The notes under the pieces: generated by a model
Database searches by the model: none
Told to the model about the DNA's origin: nothing
Seen by the model: only the letters and a program-made list of their open reading frames with translations
From: an uncultured bacterium
Lineage (GTDB): Bacteria; Acidobacteriota; HRBIN11; JAKEFK01
NCBI GenBank assembly: GCA_963777505.1
Contig: CAVZQN010000011.1
Location: 1-64,000, forward strand
DNA length: 64,000 bases
Direction: 5' to 3'
Shown: positions 60,897 through 64,000 of the stretch, piece by piece
Layout: each line of letters opens with the position of its first letter
How positions within the stretch are numbered: the stretch's first letter is position 1
Program-made: the position numbers and the translations under genes

Positions 60897-61637
60897 TTAT
60901 TTTTTTGTATCCAATTCGGAAAGCATTTTCTCAGCAATTTTCTGGTTTGCCCTGGTTTCCGGGATCCATTCCGGATCAGGTTCCTGTTTTAACACAAGTT
61001 TTAACTGTTGTATAGCGAGACTTCTCTTGCCATCATCAAGATAAATTTCAGCAAGAAAAATTCGCGATTGTGTATCATTTGAACAAAGATTCAATGATTC
61101 ATTCAAAAAAGAAATTGCTTTCGATTTGCTTCCACCCTTAAAGAATGGAATCTCAGAATACAATTTGCCAAGTACCCGTTGGGGCCCTCCACATTCGCAC
61201 TTAGGGTCCAATTCGATACTACGCTTCATTTCTTCTTTAATTGAATCGATCAGACCGAGTGCTTCAAACACACCTGCTGTTTCAGCTTGTACAGCCATAT
61301 TCACTCCCATCCAAAAATGACCAAGACATTTATCAGGATCAATTTCGACAGCTGTTTTGCCTGCTTCAACACCCTTTTGAAAGCTCGCTTTCTTGTCGCC
61401 TGTTGCTCCGAAATTTCCCTCATACCATCGTGCTTTTGAGAGTTTCCATGCGGCTTCGTAGTTTTTAGGATCCTGCTTCAGCGCTTCATCAAGAAGTTCA
61501 ATCGCTTTTTTAAGATCCTCTTTATTCTCGCGAAGAGAGTAATGTTCCATGGCCTCCGTCACAAGGTCTTCTTCAGAAAAACTGACATGAGGTGTGACGA
61601 AGAAGAAGATTAGAAAAAATATCCTAAATAACGCCAT
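60897..61637 (-). CDS. Secreted TPR protein, TatT/RMD1-3-like
   Basis: Signal peptide from ATG 61637; YEAAWKLSKA.WY.G, G..AVEIDP...GHFWMG, IELDP....GGPQRVLGKLY..IP..GG. Confidence 0.75.
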   Translation of the reverse strand: MALFRIFFLIFFFVTPHVSFSEEDLVTEAMEHYSLRENKEDLKKAIELLDEALKQDPKNYEAAWKLSKARWYEGNFGATGDKKASFQKGVEAGKTAVEIDPDKCLGHFWMGVNMAVQAETAGVFEALGLIDSIKEEMKRSIELDPKCECGGPQRVLGKLYSEIPFFKGGSKSKAISFLNESLNLCSNDTQSRIFLAEIYLDDGKRSLAIQQLKLVLKQEPDPEWIPETRANQKIAEKMLSELDTKK

Positions 61638-62775
61638 TGTTCTTGAATTGATCAATATCCTGTTCGGAATATCCTTGTTCGCGAAGAATTTCAAAATTAT
61701 GCTCCCCAAGAACCGGCGCCCTGAGATTGGAACACCCTTCTTTAACAAAAGGTGTGCACATTTGGGCCAAAATTCCTGATGGGTATGTTATAGGAGAGAG
61801 AAGACCGCGTGAAAGTATAGCTGGATCGAAGATCGTGTCTGGAAAATTTAGAACCGGCGAAACGCATAAATCATCATTCTGAAAGAAATCTAACCAGTCT
61901 TTTTGTGTGCGGGCTGCAAACTTCTCCGTAAGAATTTCTAGAAGTTGGGCTTGATCGTTTTGTAACTGATGATTGATGTATTGATCCAATTTCATCTTCA
62001 AACAGAATGTATGCCAGAATTTCGGTTCAAGGAAGGCGATTGCAATATATTTGTTGTCCTTAGTCCGATAAACGTTGTAACAAGCCAGTCTTCCGGAAAG
62101 CGGCATCGTATTTCCATGCAACGGAAATCCTGCAAAATGAATCCCTGCAAGAGCAATCATTGAAAAAAATGCTGAATCTAGAAGACTCACATCCAGATAT
62201 TGACCTGTCCCTTCGCGTAATCGTTGGATATAAGCCGACAGAATTGCCGATAGCGCGCAAAATGCTCCCATCGTGTCGGCAATTTGTACCGGTGGGATTA
62301 CGTATCCATGTTTTTCATTCCCAGAAAGGCTTAAAATTCCTGCAATACTAATGTAATTAAGATCGTGTGCTGGCTTTTTGGAGTGTGGTCCTTGCTGGCC
62401 AAACCCGCTGATCGAGCAATAAATCAGCGAAGGAAATCGTTCGCGAACTGAATCATAATCCAGGCCGAATCTTTTCATTACTCCAGGTCTGAACGATTCC
62501 ACTACAATGTCGGTTTTCTCAAGCAAACGTAAAATAATTTCACGTCCGGCATCTGTTTTTAGGTTGCACGTGATGGAACGCTTTCCACGATTCATTTGGA
62601 GGAACATTTGTCCGCTGCCAAATTGATACGGAGGCATATAGCGAGCGAATTCACCTTCAGGAGCTTCAACTTTGATGACTTCTGCTCCTAAATCTGCAAG
62701 CATCATCGTGCAGAGGGGGCCGGGAAAAAGACGGCTTAGATCCAGGATGCGGGTTCCTTTCAAGGAGGTATGCAA
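61624..62775 (-). CDS. CaiB/BaiF (CoA-transferase III) family, alpha-methylacyl-CoA racemase-like
   Basis: LDLSRLFPGP..TM.LADLGAEVIKVE, NRGKRS, ESFRPGV, HDLNY, IAD, APVLGEH. Confidence 0.9.
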   Translation of the reverse strand: MHTSLKGTRILDLSRLFPGPLCTMMLADLGAEVIKVEAPEGEFARYMPPYQFGSGQMFLQMNRGKRSITCNLKTDAGREIILRLLEKTDIVVESFRPGVMKRFGLDYDSVRERFPSLIYCSISGFGQQGPHSKKPAHDLNYISIAGILSLSGNEKHGYVIPPVQIADTMGAFCALSAILSAYIQRLREGTGQYLDVSLLDSAFFSMIALAGIHFAGFPLHGNTMPLSGRLACYNVYRTKDNKYIAIAFLEPKFWHTFCLKMKLDQYINHQLQNDQAQLLEILTEKFAARTQKDWLDFFQNDDLCVSPVLNFPDTIFDPAILSRGLLSPITYPSGILAQMCTPFVKEGCSNLRAPVLGEHNFEILREQGYSEQDIDQFKNNGVI

Positions 62776-62801
62776 GCATACGTGTGTTATTTTAACATCT
62801 A

Positions 62802-62876
62802 GTAGGGGCGGCCCTTGTGGCCGCCTTGTTTGATTTTGCTTTTGTTACGGGGGCGTCCACAAGGGGCGCCCCCTAC
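62802..62876. repeat. REP-like doublet, GTAG/CTAC family
   Basis: GTAGGGGCGGCCCTTGTGGCCGCC...GGGCGTCCACAAGGGGCGCCCCCTAC. Confidence 0.85.
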
Positions 62877-62925
62877 CTCTTTTTGACCAAATTGTTATAT
62901 TAGTTATCACTGAAAAGGCGCAGAG

Positions 62926-64000
62926 ATGACTCAAGATAGAGAAATTTTAGAAGTTGACGTACTGTTTGTGGGCGGCGGTCCTGCCTCACTCGCCGGTGCT
63001 ATCCATCTTGCTGACTTGCTTGAAAAACAAGGAAAGAAAGATACGAATATTGTAATCATAGAAAAAGGACGCGAGATGGGTGCACATGGCATCTCAGGTG
63101 CAGTGATGGATCCTCGTGCGTTGCGCGAATTAATCCCGGATTTCTTAGAGCAGGGCGCACCTGTTGAGTCTGAAGCAAAGGACGATCAAGTCTACTTCAT
63201 GACGGAAAAGAGTGCGTTTCGATTTCCAATCAATCCACCTTTTTTGAATAATCACGGCAACTACATTATTTCGCTCGGAAAGTTTGTTCAGTGGCTTGCA
63301 CAAAAAGCGGAAGCAAAAGGGATTAATGTTTTTACTGGCTTCCCAGGTGCAGAATTATTGATCGAAGGCGGGGCAATTGTAGGCGTTCGTACAGGCGACA
63401 AAGGAATTGATAAGAACGGTAACTCAAAAAGCAATTTTGAACCCGGCATTGATATCCGGGCCAAAGTAACAATCCTTGGTGAAGGTCCGCGAGGAACACT
63501 TACGAAGAAGATTACAAATCTTTGGAAAATGGACGGACTAAATCCGCAGGTGTATGCCGTCGGAATTAAAGAAGTTTGGGAAGTACCGGAAGGAAATTTC
63601 GCTACAGGAAAAGTCATTCATACGATGGGTCATCCGTTGAAAAGTGAAACATTCGGTGGTGGATTTATTTATGGAATGGCCAACAATCTTGTTTCAATAG
63701 GCTTTGTTGTTGGTCTTGATTACAAGAATCCATTTTTGGATCCTCATAGCGAATTTCAAAAATACAAACTGCATCCACTGGTTGCGAAAATTTTGAAAGG
63801 CGGAAAAGTTCAGAGTTATGGAGCTAAGGCTATCCCGGAAGGCGGTTGGTATTCAATTCCAAAACTGTACGCAAACGGATTAATGTTGATTGGCGATTCC
63901 GCCTCACTTTTAAATGGTCAACGTTTAAAGGGGATTCATCTTGCGATGAAATCCGGTATGCTTGCCGCAGAAACTGCTGCTGAAGCCTTAGAAAAGAATG
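62926..64000 (+). CDS. Electron transfer flavoprotein-quinone oxidoreductase, 5' part (runs off the window edge)
   Basis: Not in the ORF track. MTQDREILEVDVLFVGGGPASLAGAIHL...EKGREMGAHGISGAV...GIKEVW...YGAKAIPEGGWY...IGDSA...KGIHLAMKSGMLAAE. Confidence 0.93.
   Translation, partial: MTQDREILEVDVLFVGGGPASLAGAIHLADLLEKQGKKDTNIVIIEKGREMGAHGISGAVMDPRALRELIPDFLEQGAPVESEAKDDQVYFMTEKSAFRFPINPPFLNNHGNYIISLGKFVQWLAQKAEAKGINVFTGFPGAELLIEGGAIVGVRTGDKGIDKNGNSKSNFEPGIDIRAKVTILGEGPRGTLTKKITNLWKMDGLNPQVYAVGIKEVWEVPEGNFATGKVIHTMGHPLKSETFGGGFIYGMANNLVSIGFVVGLDYKNPFLDPHSEFQKYKLHPLVAKILKGGKVQSYGAKAIPEGGWYSIPKLYANGLMLIGDSASLLNGQRLKGIHLAMKSGMLAAETAAEALEKN

Noticed and set aside
1-64000. tRNA, rRNA, riboswitch (e.g. 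cobalamin near the BtuF-like gene, TPP near thiL), integrase, transposase or defence genes
   Set aside because: Intergenic gaps are short and I saw no matching conserved motifs. An Infernal/Rfam scan would be needed to exclude small RNAs.

Overview
Gene-dense bacterial chromosomal segment with no rRNA, tRNA, CRISPR array, prophage or transposase that I could find. Gene content (GWxTD protein, two DUF4388 proteins, TPR-secretin, TreS-Mak) suggests Acidobacteriota; this is an inference. It carries housekeeping genes (lepAB, thiL, larE, glgB, glgC, treS, ftsK, uppP, rsmA), several two-component and ECF regulators, and many lipid/envelope functions. At least 13 single-base indels break six otherwise intact genes (six in the FadL gene alone), most likely long-read consensus errors. 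Best candidates for undescribed biology: (1) a MacB/LolCDE-type ABC transporter whose second permease appears split into two genes, with the N-terminal half fused to an AttH/CrtC lipocalin-like domain, divergent from a GT21-like glycosyltransferase; (2) a stand-alone class I aminoacyl-tRNA-synthetase paralog lacking an anticodon domain, between ftsK and a LytS/LytTR pair; (3) an AMACR-like CoA enzyme / secreted TatT-RMD-like TPR protein / FadL / acyl-CoA synthetase operon; (4) a short intergenic motif (AACCRCARAGACRCA) found about 14 times, almost always on the + strand. REP-like palindromes, heptamer hairpins and many near-leaderless promoters are also present. All family calls are from motif recognition, not database searches.
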